Of a stretch of 60,874 nt of DNA, positions 13,243 through 25,040 are shown in pieces. Each line of letters opens with the position of its first letter. Position 1 is the stretch's first letter. The notes under the pieces were generated by a model. That model was not told the DNA's origin, did not search any database, and worked only from the letters and a program-made list of their open reading frames with translations. Location of the stretch: contig NC_068981.1 in assembly GCF_001194135.2 (NCBI RefSeq), positions 179,129,950 to 179,190,823 on the forward strand, in the 5' to 3' direction. The translations under genes were made by a program, and so were the position numbers. The stretch is from Octopus bimaculoides. Its lineage: Eukaryota.

Positions 13243-14638
13243 ATATATATATATGTATGAAGAATATAAAAATAGTTTTTTATTGAAATTTTGCATTAGT
13301 ATTAAGTTAAGAGAACTTTAATGCCAGTCCTTGCAAATCCATGGAAAATAGCTGACTGTTCCTCGGTTTTAACAGAACACGTTATCAACTGTGATCATCT
13401 TCTTTCACGATATTTATGTTTATAATATTCATGCTTATTCGGATGTCCTATCCGAATTAAGAACGACAACTGAGAAAAAAGAGGTATTCATCGTAAAGTA
13501 GAAAAGAAATGAAATGAAAACATAAAATGTAAAAACCAAACAAATAGGGATTTGCAATGGGTTGCGTATATTTACAGAGGAGTTACGCTCATATTCTAAC
13601 TCGATACTTTTTCAAGGTAGAGTAGAAGCAAAAAATGAAAAGGGAACTTTTATTAGAGATAGTTGAAAAGAGTTAATATTATTTTGATTCTTTGAAAGTT
13701 CAAGTAGAAAAAATATCTAAGTCATTGATTCTCTTGAAAAATATATATATATAAAAGAAAACTATGTCGAAAACAAAAGAACAAAATAATCAAGAAAATC
13801 TGAGTATTCAACTTAATGTGAAGTCTGTCTCAGCAAGTAAGAAAACGCAGATAAAGAGTGCCGGAAGATATAGCTAACAAACGCAGCATACCAAACGTAT
13901 GAGAGATGTTAAAGCGATGTGAGAAAGATAACAGTGAGAACAGAAGCTAAAGGGAACACATATAGCGATTATAACCTCAGGATACCTTTCAAGGTAAACT
14001 GAAATAATTGAGAAAATGTTTGGGAATTTCGTTGAATGGTAACCGATCATTCTCCAGTAATACTTCCCACGTTCTGACGCACACTCCCATCCAGCTTCCG
14101 CAAGCCCGTCTGCTCGTCTGCCTGTCTGCCTGTTTGCGCACTTGTTTGTGTGTGTTTCTTTTTGTGCGTGTATTTATATAAGCAGAACACGTATCCTGAG
14201 TCAATGTTGCATCGGAACTCAGTCTGGGATTGACTTGTTGCAAATAAAGAGACAGACATACATTCATACATTTGTTCGTATATATATATATATATATATA
14301 TATATATNNNNNNNNNNNNNNNNNNNNNNNNNNNNNNNNNNNNNNNNNNNNNNNNNNNNNNNNNNNNNNNNNNNNNNNNNNNNNNNNNNNNNNNNNNNNN
14401 NNNNNNNNNNNNNNNNNNNNNNNNNNNNNNNNNNNNNNNNNNNNNNNNNNNNNNNNNNNNNNNNNNNNNNNNNNNNNNNNNNNNNNNNNNNNNNNNNNNN
14501 NNNNNNNNNNNNNNNNNNNNNNNNNNNNNNNNNNNNNNNNNNNNNNNNNNNNNNNNNNNNNNNNNNNNNNNNNNNNNNNNNNNNNNNNNNNNNNNNNNNN
14601 NNNNNNNNNNNTGTCCACTGTTTTGTCTACTCCGCATT

Positions 14639-14679
<41 letters not shown>

Positions 14680-14694
14680 GTATATGTATATGTA

Positions 14695-14745
<51 letters not shown>

Positions 14746-14854
14746 ATCTATCTATACGTAGATATGTATATTTATAATTTTAATCTAGTGATACAAACAT
14801 TTATAACTATATACACATGAAAATGCATTTATATGTCTGTATATATATATATAT

Positions 14855-14919
<65 letters not shown>

Positions 14920-15657
14920 NNNNNNNNNNNNNNNNNNNNNNNNNNNNNNNNNNNNNNNNNNNNNNNNNNNNNNNNNNNNNNNNNNNNNNNNNNNNNNNNN
15001 NNNNNNNNNNNNNNNNNNNNNNNNNNNNNNNNNNNNNNNNNNNNNNNNNNNNNNNNNNNNNNNNNNNNNNNNNNNNNNNNNNNNNNNNNNNNNNNNNNNN
15101 NNNNNNNNNNNNNNNNNNNNNNNNNNNNNNNNNNNNNNNNNNNNNNNNNNNNNNNNNNNNNNNNNNNNNNNNNNNNNNNNNNNNNNNNNNNNNNNNNNNN
15201 NNNNNNNNNNNNNNNNNNNNNNNNNNNNNNNNNNNNNNNNNNNNNNNNNNNNNNNNNNNNNNNNNNNNNNNNNNNNNNNNNNNNNNNNNNNNNNNNNNNN
15301 NNNNNNNNNNNNNNNNNNNNNNNNNNNNNNNNNNNNNNNNNNNNNNNNNNNNNNNNNNNNNNNNNNNNNNNNNNNNNNNNNNNNNNNNNNNNNNNNNNNN
15401 NNNNNNNNNNNNNNNNNNNNNNNNNNNNNNNNNNNNNNNNNNNNNNNNNNNNNNNNNNNNNNNNNNNNNNNNNNNNNNNNNNNNNNNNNNNNNNNNNNNN
15501 NNNNNNNNNNNNNNNNNNNNNNNNNNNNNNNNNNNNNNNNNNNNTATATTTATTTATACATATACTCTCTTACGTACATATATGGTTACACGTATACTTA
15601 TCTATAAACATTCGAATTAAATTTAGGTGCACATGCACTCACACACACTCATAACGT

Positions 15658-15699
<42 letters not shown>

Positions 15700-16746
15700 G
15701 CACACACACACACACAGACACACAGACGCACGCGCGCGCGACTATCCGTATTTTGTTTTATTTCATCTGTAAATCTAAGCTGACAGTTTTGAGTATCAGT
15801 TGACCAAATCATCTAGATATTCTTCAGTCGGAAACAATCGTTCTGTCACGGAATACAGAACTAAGACAGTCGTTACACTTTAAGAAGACGTATATGCTTT
15901 TGTAGAAATTTATGCTTCGTTAGTTATTGTTTGCGTCAGTAGGCTTGGTTAATACTTTTTGGTCAAGCTGCCTCCTGTAACAATATGCTTAAGCTTGTTG
16001 TACCCAAGAAATTTGTCAATTCCTCTGAAGAATATAAGGGAACTGAATGTCTAATCTCCCGATCTCTTTTCCTCTTTCAATTCCTCTCTGCCCTTCTATT
16101 TTCGTTTTCTTCTTGCATATCTCTTTCTCAGTCGCCCTCTTTCTCGTAATACATATGTCTACATACACTCATCCACAACGAACACGCTCACACACTTACA
16201 GAAATATGCATGCACACATATTCACCTTTCATGCATACACAAGTAGACACGTGTATCAAAATTGATGCGTATTTATCCAGACCTTTCAAACATACATACA
16301 AACAAGCATACATCTATGTATGTGTGTATGTATGTATATATATGTTTGTGTGTGTAGGTATGTACGTGGATGTGTGTGCATACATATATACATGTATGTA
16401 TCTATATATGTGTGGGTGTGTGTATATATAAATATATGTATATATATGTATGCGTGTATATATATATATATATATATGTATATATGAATATATGTATATA
16501 TTCAGGTACATATACGTATATATGTATGCACACACATCCACGTACATACACATATATAAATTTACAATACTCATTTAGTGTATTATAAACATGTTTGTCA
16601 ACGGAGAATGACAGGAACAGACACAAAAACCAAAATTAAACAAAATGAGACGCCGATCATCTATATGTTGTTTATAATATCAGCTTCAAAGAACAGGTGA
16701 CTGCAATATTTCCTTACACACACACATAGACACACACACGCACGCT

Positions 16747-16823
<77 letters not shown>

Positions 16824-17410
16824 NNNNNNNNNNNNNNNNNNNNNNNNNNNNNNNNNNNNNNNNNNNNNNNNNNNNNNNNNNNNNNNNNNNNNNNNNNNNN
16901 NNNNNNNNNNNNNNNNNNNNNNNNNNNNNNNNNNNNNNNNNNNNNNNNNNNNNNNNNNNNNNNNNNNNNNNNNNNNNNNNNNNNNNNNNNNNNNNNNNNN
17001 NNNNNNNNNNNNNNNNNNNNNNNNNNNNNNNNNNNNNNNNNNNNNNNNNNNNNNNNNNNNNNNNNNNNNNNNNNNNNNNNNNNNNNNNNNNNNNNNNNNN
17101 NNNNNNNNNNNNNNNNNNNNNNNNNNNNNNNNNNNNNNNNNNNNNNNNNNNNNNNNNNNNNNNNNNNNNNNNNNNNNNNNNNNNNNNNNNNNNNNNNNNN
17201 NNNNNNNNNNNNNNNNNNNNNNNNNNNNNNNNNNNNNNNNNNNNNNNNNNNNNNNNNNNNNNNNNNNNNTATATATATATTTATATATATATATATATGT
17301 ATGTATATATGTATGTATTATGTATATACATATATATGTACACATACACACAAATCTACATATATGTGCATATGAATTTATATATCACTATGTGTGTGTG
17401 TATGTATATA

Positions 17411-18285
17411 CAGGGTACGATGGGTAAATTATCGCCATTTTACATTTTTTATTTCGTGCATGCGCGTTCTTTGCGTTTGGTTTTATCGACTACACAGTAT
17501 AGTAGGGTCAGTTGGGTACTGTCTGTGGGAAAAACAGCACGATGACGCAATTCACTCTACCAGAATTTGGAAACGACACGCTGTACTGCTTCGCATCTGT
17601 GCTGGAACGAATACGAACATTTCAGTGTCTTTAGGTGTCAATCCGAGGACAGATTGTCCCCAAAACATTTACCGAGTGTGATAAAAATCAAACATCCAGT
17701 TAACATCATGTTGTTTGGAGTGATGACTAGTGATGGTGACTTTATGCCTCCATTCATCTTTCTTTCCACACGATCTCACACTCAACACAGAAGCCTACAT
17801 CAAGTGCATGGAGGAGATAGTGCGGCCCTAGGTCAAGAAAGTGGCTGTTGGAAGACCCTATGTCTGGTAATGGGACTCTGCACCATGCCACACAATCAAA
17901 ATAATCCTGTCATAGCTGTCAGACGATTTCTGCGACCACATCACACCTAATGTCTGGCTACCAAACTCCCCAGATTACAACCGTCTTTGTTACTATGTGT
18001 GGGGCACAGTTGAGCGAGAGACTAATAAAACTCCTTGTAACACCAAAGAAGAACTGAAGGCAAGGATTATGGCAGCATTGAGCAAGTTAAACAAGGAGAC
18101 CGTGCAGAAGAATTGCAGGAGATTCCGAAGAGGCCGTGGTTGAAGCCAATAACGATTTTATTGAATAAATTAACTCTAGTATTTCAACATATTTTTATGT
18201 AATTTTGGTAAATATATTTATTAAAATTCGATGTCAGTGTTATTTTCCTTTTGCGTAATTTAAACGACAGTTCATTCACCTCACC

Positions 18286-18288
<3 letters not shown>
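17411..18288 (+). mobile_element. Internally deleted DD37D (maT-like) Tc1/mariner transposon
   Basis: CAGGGT..ACCCTG termini in TA context. Transposase remnants KHPVNIMLFGVMTSDG and DSAPCH..WLPNSPDYNRLCYYVWG have 37 residues between the second D and the expected third D position (mutated to C). Stops are present. Confidence 0.85.
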
Positions 18289-18319
<31 letters not shown>

Positions 18320-18512
18320 CTAAGTCTCTCTAAAGGAGACTACGGCAGCGGTACTGGATATTAATAGTTATCATCAAGCCAACATGGCAGTCCAAAAAAA
18401 TAGGACGAATGCTGCCGTTTCTTAGCTCCAAGGGGCCATCGTCTCTAGCTAGCTATGTGACACACGAACCTGTGTCCATTATATACCTTCGAAGGTTATA
18501 ATGGACACAGGT

Positions 18513-18620
18513 CCTCGAAAAATGAACGGCAAAGTAGATCTTGGTCGAATTTGAACCGGAAGAAATACCGCTAAATACTTTTGTTCCACATGTTAACAAA
18601 TTCTGCTAGCTTGTTGCCTT
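18513..18620 (-). mobile_element. SINE family B, 5' part
   Basis: Reverse complement of the family B head and body (see 59015-59243). Confidence 0.8.
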
Positions 18621-18635
18621 AACAATTATCATTAT

Positions 18636-18860
18636 AATAATCCTTTCTAGTATAGGCACAAGGCCTGAAGTTTGGGAGACGGTTATATCGATCCCAGTGT
18701 TCAACAGGTACTTATTTTATCGGTCTCGAAAGAACAAACGGCAAAGTCAGCCTTGGCGGATTTTGAACTTAATTTTGAACATAATACATCGGAGGAGATG
18801 CCGTTAAACATTGTCTGACGTGCTAACTGTTAGATAACAAATTCTGCCTGCTTGCCGTTT
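18636..18860 (-). mobile_element. SINE family B (tail type 1)
   Basis: Family B head and body, ending GGCCTTGTGCCTATACTAGAAAGGATTATT on the minus strand. Confidence 0.85.
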
Positions 18861-19251
18861 TAACGATAATAATTATAATAACAAAATAATTATAAAGGTA
18901 TATTACTAATGATGAAAATGACGCAAACACTTTTGATGGTAAAAAAAAAAAAATACCAGTAAAGACTAATCATTTTAAATACCAATAATAATTACAGTGC
19001 TAAAAGATAAATGAAAAGCAGAGAAAGCCCGTGAAGATAATAACGTTGAAATAAATCTATTGTTAAATTATTATAAAAAAAAAACAATAATAATCAAACA
19101 CCAATATTAATAATGAAAATGAAAATCGAAGCAGGAATAACTAATGACAGAAGTTATAAAGATAATTAAAGAAAATAGAAATGAATACTTCACTACTATT
19201 CAAGTGTAGTAGTAGTAGTAGTAGTAGTAGTAGCTCTTGCTGTTGTAGTGA

Positions 19252-19439
19252 ATAATCCTTTCTACTAAAGGCACAAGGCCTTCCCCCCAGAACTCAAGTG
19301 GTATTTATTTCATCGACACTCGAAAGGGTGAAAGACAAAGTCGATCACGGCGGATTTTGAAACTCAGTACGTCAAGACGGACGAAATACCGCTAAGCATT
19401 TTGTCCGGCCTGCTAACGTTTCTGCCAGCGCGCCGCCTT
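19252..19439 (-). mobile_element. SINE family B (tail type 1)
   Basis: GAAATACCGCTAAGCATTT head and tail 1, adjacent to a (TAG)n tract. Confidence 0.9.
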
Positions 19440-19554
19440 AAGAGTAATATTGATTATGGAAATGAAAACAGAGACTAATAACTAATGACAGAAATTATAT
19501 AGATAATCAAAGAAAATAATAAAGATACTACTACTACTTCAACTACTATTCAAG

Positions 19555-19562
19555 CAGTAGTA

Positions 19563-19616
<54 letters not shown>

Positions 19617-19619
19617 GTA

Positions 19620-19667
<48 letters not shown>

Positions 19668-19692
19668 TTAGTAGTAGTGGTAGTATTAGTAT

Positions 19693-19743
<51 letters not shown>

Positions 19744-19745
19744 CA
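19555..19745. repeat. (TAG)n microsatellite
   Basis: Direct reading. Confidence 0.95.
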
Positions 19746-19788
19746 CTTGTAGTGAATAATCTTTTCTGCTAAAGGCACAAGGCCTGAA

Positions 19789-19819
<31 letters not shown>

Positions 19820-19899
19820 CGCGCACGTGTGTGCGTTATAAGTGTGTGTGAGTGCATGTGCACCTAAATTTAATTCGTAATCTCTGTAATTTTCTACGT

Positions 19900-20258
19900 G
19901 GATTAAAAAAAAAAAAAAGAATTCGAAAAAGTTACAAATTAAGAAATTGCAGTGGGAACGGGGGGAAATTAAAATTTTGAAAACATGATTTCCAGGGCAA
20001 AATTGTATTAACCCCCTTTTATACGATGAAACAATACATATTTTGTGATCCTTCTTAAGAACAGAAACGGCTTTCATGCAAATCCATGCAAATTGTACCC
20101 TCCACCCCTTTCACTTTTAAACAAACAGTAACTGCCATTACGCCAAAGATCCAGTTCACTGTATATCAACTGTGCTGATTCTGTCCATAAGAAAGGAACA
20201 AATAATACAATGTGGCTGTAGGTCATAACAGTCGGGCAACGCCGGGATGCGTTGCTAA
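19900..20258 (+). mobile_element. Possible non-autonomous Helitron-type element, 3' end
   Basis: CGGGCAACGCCGGG hairpin, 8 nt, then CTAA|T. The 5' boundary is uncertain. Confidence 0.45.
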
Positions 20259-21366
20259 TGTGTGTACGTGTGTGTATATATATGTGTGTATATATATGTG
20301 TGTATATATATGTGTGTATATATATATNNNNNNNNNNNNNNNNNNNNNNNNNNNNNNNNNNNNNNNNNNNNNNNNNNNNNNNNNNNNNNNNNNNNNNNNN
20401 NNNNNNNNNNNNNNNNNNNNNNNNNNNNNNNNNNNNNNNNNNNNNNNNNNNNNNNNNNNNNNNNNNNNNNNNNNNNNNNNNNNNNNNNNNNNNNNNNNNN
20501 NNNNNNNNNNNNNNNNNNNNNNNNNNNNNNNNNNNNNNNNNNNNNNNNNNNNNNNNNNNNNNNNNNNNNNNNNNNNNNNNNNNNNNNNNNNNNNNNNNNN
20601 NNNNNNNNNNNNNNNNNNNNNNNNNNNNNNNNNNNNNNNNNNNNNNNNNNNNNNNNNNNNNNNNNNNNNNNNNNNNNNNNNNNNNNNNNNNNNNNNNNNN
20701 NNNNNNNNNNNNNNNNNNNNNNNNNNNNNNNNNNNNNNNNNNNNNNNNNNNNNNNNNNNNNNNNNNNNNNNNNNNNNNNNNNNNNNNNNNNNNNNNNNNN
20801 NNNNNNNNNNNNNNNNNNNNNNNNNNNNNNNNNNNNNNNNNNNNNNNNNNNNNNNNNNNNNNNNNNNNNNNNNNNNNNNNNNNNNNNNNNNNNNNNNNNN
20901 NNNNNNNNNNNNNNNNNNNNNNNNNNNNNNNNNNNNNNNNNNNNNNNNNNNNNNNNNNNNNNNNNNNNNNNNNNNNNNNNNNNNNNNNNNNNNNNNNNNN
21001 NNNNNNNNNNNNNNNNNNNNNNNNNNNNNNNNNNNNNNNNNNNNNNNNNNNNNNNNNNNNNNNNNNNNNNNNNNNNNNNNNNNNNNNNNNNNNNNNNNNN
21101 NNNNNNNNNNNNNNNNNNNNNNNNNNNNNNNNNNNNNNNNNNNNNNNNNNNNNNNNNNNNNNNNNNNNNNNNNNNNNNNNNNNNNNNNNNNNNNNNNNNN
21201 NNNNNNNNNNNNNNNNNNNNNNNNNNNNNNNNNNNNNNNNNNNNNNNNNNNNNNNNNNNNNNNNNNNNNNNNNNNNNNNNNNNNNNNNNNNNNNATATAT
21301 ATATATATATATATGTATATATGTGTGTATATATATATCGGATGACCACTTAGTGGTCATCCTTCT

Positions 21367-21405
<39 letters not shown>

Positions 21406-21422
21406 CCCCCCACACACTCCTT

Positions 21423-21560
21423 TTTTACGCTTTTACTTGTTTCAGTCATTTGACTGCGGCCATGCTGGAGTACTGCCTTTAGTCGAGCAAACCGACCCTA
21501 GGACTTATTCTTTGCAAGCCTAGTACATATTCTATCGGTCTCTTTTGCTGAACCGCTAAG
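21423..21560 (-). mobile_element. SINE family A, tail only
   Basis: TTTTACTTGTTTCAGTCATTTGACTGCGGCCATGCTGGAG...CTATCGGTCTCTTTTGC. Confidence 0.9.
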
Positions 21561-21796
21561 AGTTGCATCAACAGGATGGTCAAGAGTCAGCTACTACTAA
21601 AACCAGCGGCCACATTCGGACAATCACAATACACACTTATGCGTATAGTGATACGGGAGATACACGATGATAAAGTAATTAATGTGTTACGTAGCACACC
21701 TCACAGAGCAATGAGAGGCAGAAGGTTGCAGAGGAAATTTCTGTGTAACCAGACCTTATAAGTCTCGTGTTATTATTCTACTATTCCTCATCAGTG

Positions 21797-22112
21797 AAGG
21801 CACGTTGCTTAGCGGTTATAGTATTCGGCTCATGATCGTAAGGTTGTGAGTTCAATTCTCGGTGATGCATTGTGTCCTTGAGCAAGACACTTTATTTCCC
21901 ATTGCTCTAGTTCACTCAACTGGCAAAAACGACTAGTACCTGTGGTTCAAAGGGCCAGCCTTATCACAATCTGTGTCACGCTTAACCTCCAAGAGAACAA
22001 CGTTGAGGGTATACGTGTTTACGGAGTGCTCAGTCACTCGCACGTTTATTTCACAAGCAGGCTCCTCCGTTCATCGGATCAACTGGAACCCTTGTCATCG
22101 TAACCGACGGGG
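21797..22112 (+). mobile_element. SINE sharing the family C 3' body but with a different tRNA-like head and a CORE-like segment
   Basis: Head GGCACGTTGCTTAGCGG...GAGTTCAATTC, then TGTGTCCTTGAGCAAGACACTT. The 3' half (GGAGTGCTCAG..GATCAACTGGAACCC) matches 23807-24196. Confidence 0.8.
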
Positions 22113-22623
22113 GTCCTGTGCTGGTATCAATCGTTGGATTTCAATTGTGTTTATACTGTAGTTATCATTTTTATTTTTCTCTCTTGGTTTTACTTGTGAT
22201 TTGCAAATATGTTCATATAGACTGAACTATTGGCTATAAGTATAAATTCGTGGTAGTACATGTTTTCTGTAGTAAATGTATTATATACAGGGATCTAATG
22301 AGCTGACATTCGATTGAATCGATATAATGACACACATCGAGGCTATAATTGCATATATGATATAATAATGTCCCAATACTCTCGAGTTCGAATGCCAGTG
22401 AAACAATTGTAAATTTATATAATAAATCAATTTGATCGCTCTATTCTTCTTGTTGATAATTATATTCATTCTACGTATATTATTGAATTTCAGAATTATG
22501 ATCTGTTAAAAAATTTACCTCCGACTTTTAGTGACATTCGATTGCATGTACTCAACATGAACTTAAAAGTACATCAACTTAATGAAATGAAACTGCTATC
22601 AGGTGTGTGTGTGTGAGTGTATG

Positions 22624-22685
<62 letters not shown>

Positions 22686-22785
22686 CCTCTCTCCCACTCT
22701 CAGAGTGAAGTGGAGGAATGAAAACAGACGTATTGTATTTCATATCTTCTCTATAATAAATATTACTTAAACATTTTGTGGCACC

Positions 22786-22833
22786 GTCTCTGATGAAGGG
22801 ATATATAAAATATCCTGGAAACAGCTGTAAGAC
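22786..22833 (+). ncRNA. Type I hammerhead ribozyme motif, canonical core
   Basis: GTCT-CTGATGA-A-g-GGATAT/ATATCC helix II-tg-GAAA-C-AGCT-G-TA-AGAC. Cleavage triplet GUA. Helix III is the palindrome ACAGCTGT. Confidence 0.8.
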
Positions 22834-23651
22834 CTTCTCTTTATAAATGTTCTGAAAACTATTCACAGCCATGGATTTTTTTTTTTATCTCATTTTGTTA
22901 ATTTATATATATATGTATATATAAATATATATGTATGTATGCTATCTACCTACCTATTTATCTATTTATCTTTCAACATTTCATATATATATATACTTGT
23001 TGAATAAGTAAATGAAGTTTAAGTAAATAAAATATTTAGATTAGAAATATTAATTAAAAAAAAAATATAACTTACTGGTTTATGCGTAAATCTGCATTCA
23101 GAAATTTAAATAAAATTTAAATAGAAATTAAGCAAATACCAAATTTACAACTTTATTTAAAAAAAAAATTATCTTTGCTGTAAGAAATGAATCCTCCATA
23201 CCTTATTCCCGATAAGAAATTAAGAAGAGATAAACAGAAACACTAGAATAAACCATTTGATCGTGAGAAATTATTTTGTGTTGTCAGCTAACGCGTCAGC
23301 AGTCCAGTGGGGCATCAAGTTTAACTCCTGGTTTGGCGTTTTGTCTGAGAAGTAGGCTCTTAAACATAAACTATCCCACTGGGGAAATTACTGATGTGCT
23401 GTAATATATAACAAGTAGAAAACAGGAAAATACACGGCGTTACTATGTAGTTGTCTCAACGGACATTATCTTTCAACTGCTTTAGGAGACTACGAAAGGC
23501 CCTGACAACAGATATCCTCCCACAAGCATTTTGCTGGGATGACTAAAGTGAGAAAAATATAGAGAGAGATACAAAAACAGCGTGACAAAAGAAAGCTGAA
23601 AGAAAAAAAGAAAAAAATCATTCTGAAAATGCATTGATATTCTTTTCTTCT

Positions 23652-23765
23652 CTCGGCACAAGGCTCGAAAATTAATGGGGAGGGGCCAATTGATTAAATT
23701 GACCCCAGTATGCAACTGGTACCCCGAAAGGATGAAAGGCAAAGTCAACCTCAGCAGAATTTGAA
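23652..23765 (-). mobile_element. SINE family B, 3' half
   Basis: CCCCGAAAGGATGAAAGGCAAAGTCAACCTC. Confidence 0.85.
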
Positions 23766-23806
23766 AATGCATTGATATTAATGATGATTATGGTTATCAA
23801 CATATG

Positions 23807-24196
23807 TGGAGGCGCAATGGCCCAGTGGTTAGGGCAGCGGACTCGCGGTCATAGGATCGCGGCTTCGATTCCCAGACCGGGCGTTGTGAGTGTTTATTGA
23901 GCGAAAACACCTAAAGTTTCACGAGGCTCCGGCAGGGGATGGTGGTGAACCCTGCTGTACTCTTTCACCACAGCTTTCTCTCACTCTCACTTCCTGTTTC
24001 TGTTGTGCCTGTAATTCAAAGGGTCAGCCTTGTCACACTGTGTCACGCTGAATATCCCCGAGAACTACGTTAAGGGTACACGTGTCTGTGGAGTGCTCAG
24101 CCACTTGCACGTTAATTTCACGAGCAGGCTGTTCCGTTGATCGGATCAACTGGAACCCTCGACGTCGTAAGCGACGGAGTGCCAACAACAACAACA
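23807..24196 (+). mobile_element. SINE family C, full length (tRNA-Arg-like head, (CAA)n tail)
   Basis: A box TGGCCCAGTGG, B box-like CTTCGATTCC, (CAA)n tail, imperfect 11-bp TSD ATCA(A/T)CATATG. Confidence 0.92.
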
Positions 24197-24299
24197 ATCA
24201 TCATATGACGAAGTGAGTTCTGATATCAAAGATAAAGTAAAGAAAGAAACAAACACCACCTCCGTACCCACCAGCGCCAATACATCTTTTAATAATTAT

Positions 24300-24518
24300 A
24301 ATAATGGTTTCAAATATTGCCACAATGGCAGCAATTTTGGGAGAGGGAATGAATCGATTACATCGACCCCAATGTTCAACTGGTGCTTATTTCATCAACC
24401 CCTAGAGGATAAAACGTAAAGACGACCTCGGCGGAATTTGAACTCAGAACGTAGCGACGGGCGAAATACCGTTAAGCATTTCGTCCAGCGCGCTAAAGAT
24501 TCTGCCAGCTCGCTTCCT
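24300..24518 (-). mobile_element. SINE family B (tail type 2)
   Basis: Family B head and body. The tail reads ..TTGTGGCAATATTTGAAACCATT on the minus strand. Confidence 0.9.
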
Positions 24519-24619
24519 TTTTAATAATAATAATAATAATAATGATGATGATGATGATGATGATGATAATAATAATAATAATACTCAGGATAATAAGAGT
24601 AGTAGTAATAGTAGTAGTA

Positions 24620-24830
24620 AGGCGACAAGCTGGCAGAAATGTTAGCACGCCGGGCAAAATGCTTAGCGGTATTTCGTCTGTCTTTACGTTCTGAGTTCAA
24701 ATTCCACCGGGGTTGACTTTGCCTTTCATCCTTTCGGGGTCGATAAATTAAGTACCAATTGCGTACTGCGGTCGTTCTAATTGATTGGCCCACTCCACCA
24801 AAATTTCGGGCCTTGTGCTTAGAGTAAATA
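24620..24830 (+). mobile_element. SINE family B (tail type 1)
   Basis: CTGGCAGAAATGTTAGCACGCCGGG..GAGTTCAAATTCC..CCTTTCATCCTTTCGGGGTCGATAAATTAAGTACC. Confidence 0.92.
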
Positions 24831-24834
24831 ATAA

Positions 24835-25040
24835 TAGTTTCAAATTTTTCCACAAGGGCAGTCATTTTGGGGGAGAGGAATGGTTAATTACATCGATCTC
24901 AGTGCTTAACTGGCACTTGAGTTATCAACCCCGAGAGGATGAAAGGTAAAGGTCAACCCCGGCGGAATTTGAACTCAGAACATGAAAACAAAATGCTGCT
25001 AAGCATTTTGTCTGGCGTGCTAACGATTCTGACAGCTCGC
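24835..25040 (-). mobile_element. SINE family B (tail type 2)
   Basis: Reverse-complement match to family B. Confidence 0.88.

Noticed and set aside
13436-13460. ATTCGGAT/ATCCGAAT hairpin, and the similar GGATGATA/TATCATCC near 31918-31946
   Set aside because: 8-bp stems are within chance expectation.
23807-23880. tRNA-Arg-like sequence (also 36226 and 44810-44884)
   Set aside because: It is a SINE head: no acceptor stem, and it continues into the SINE body and (CAA)n tail.
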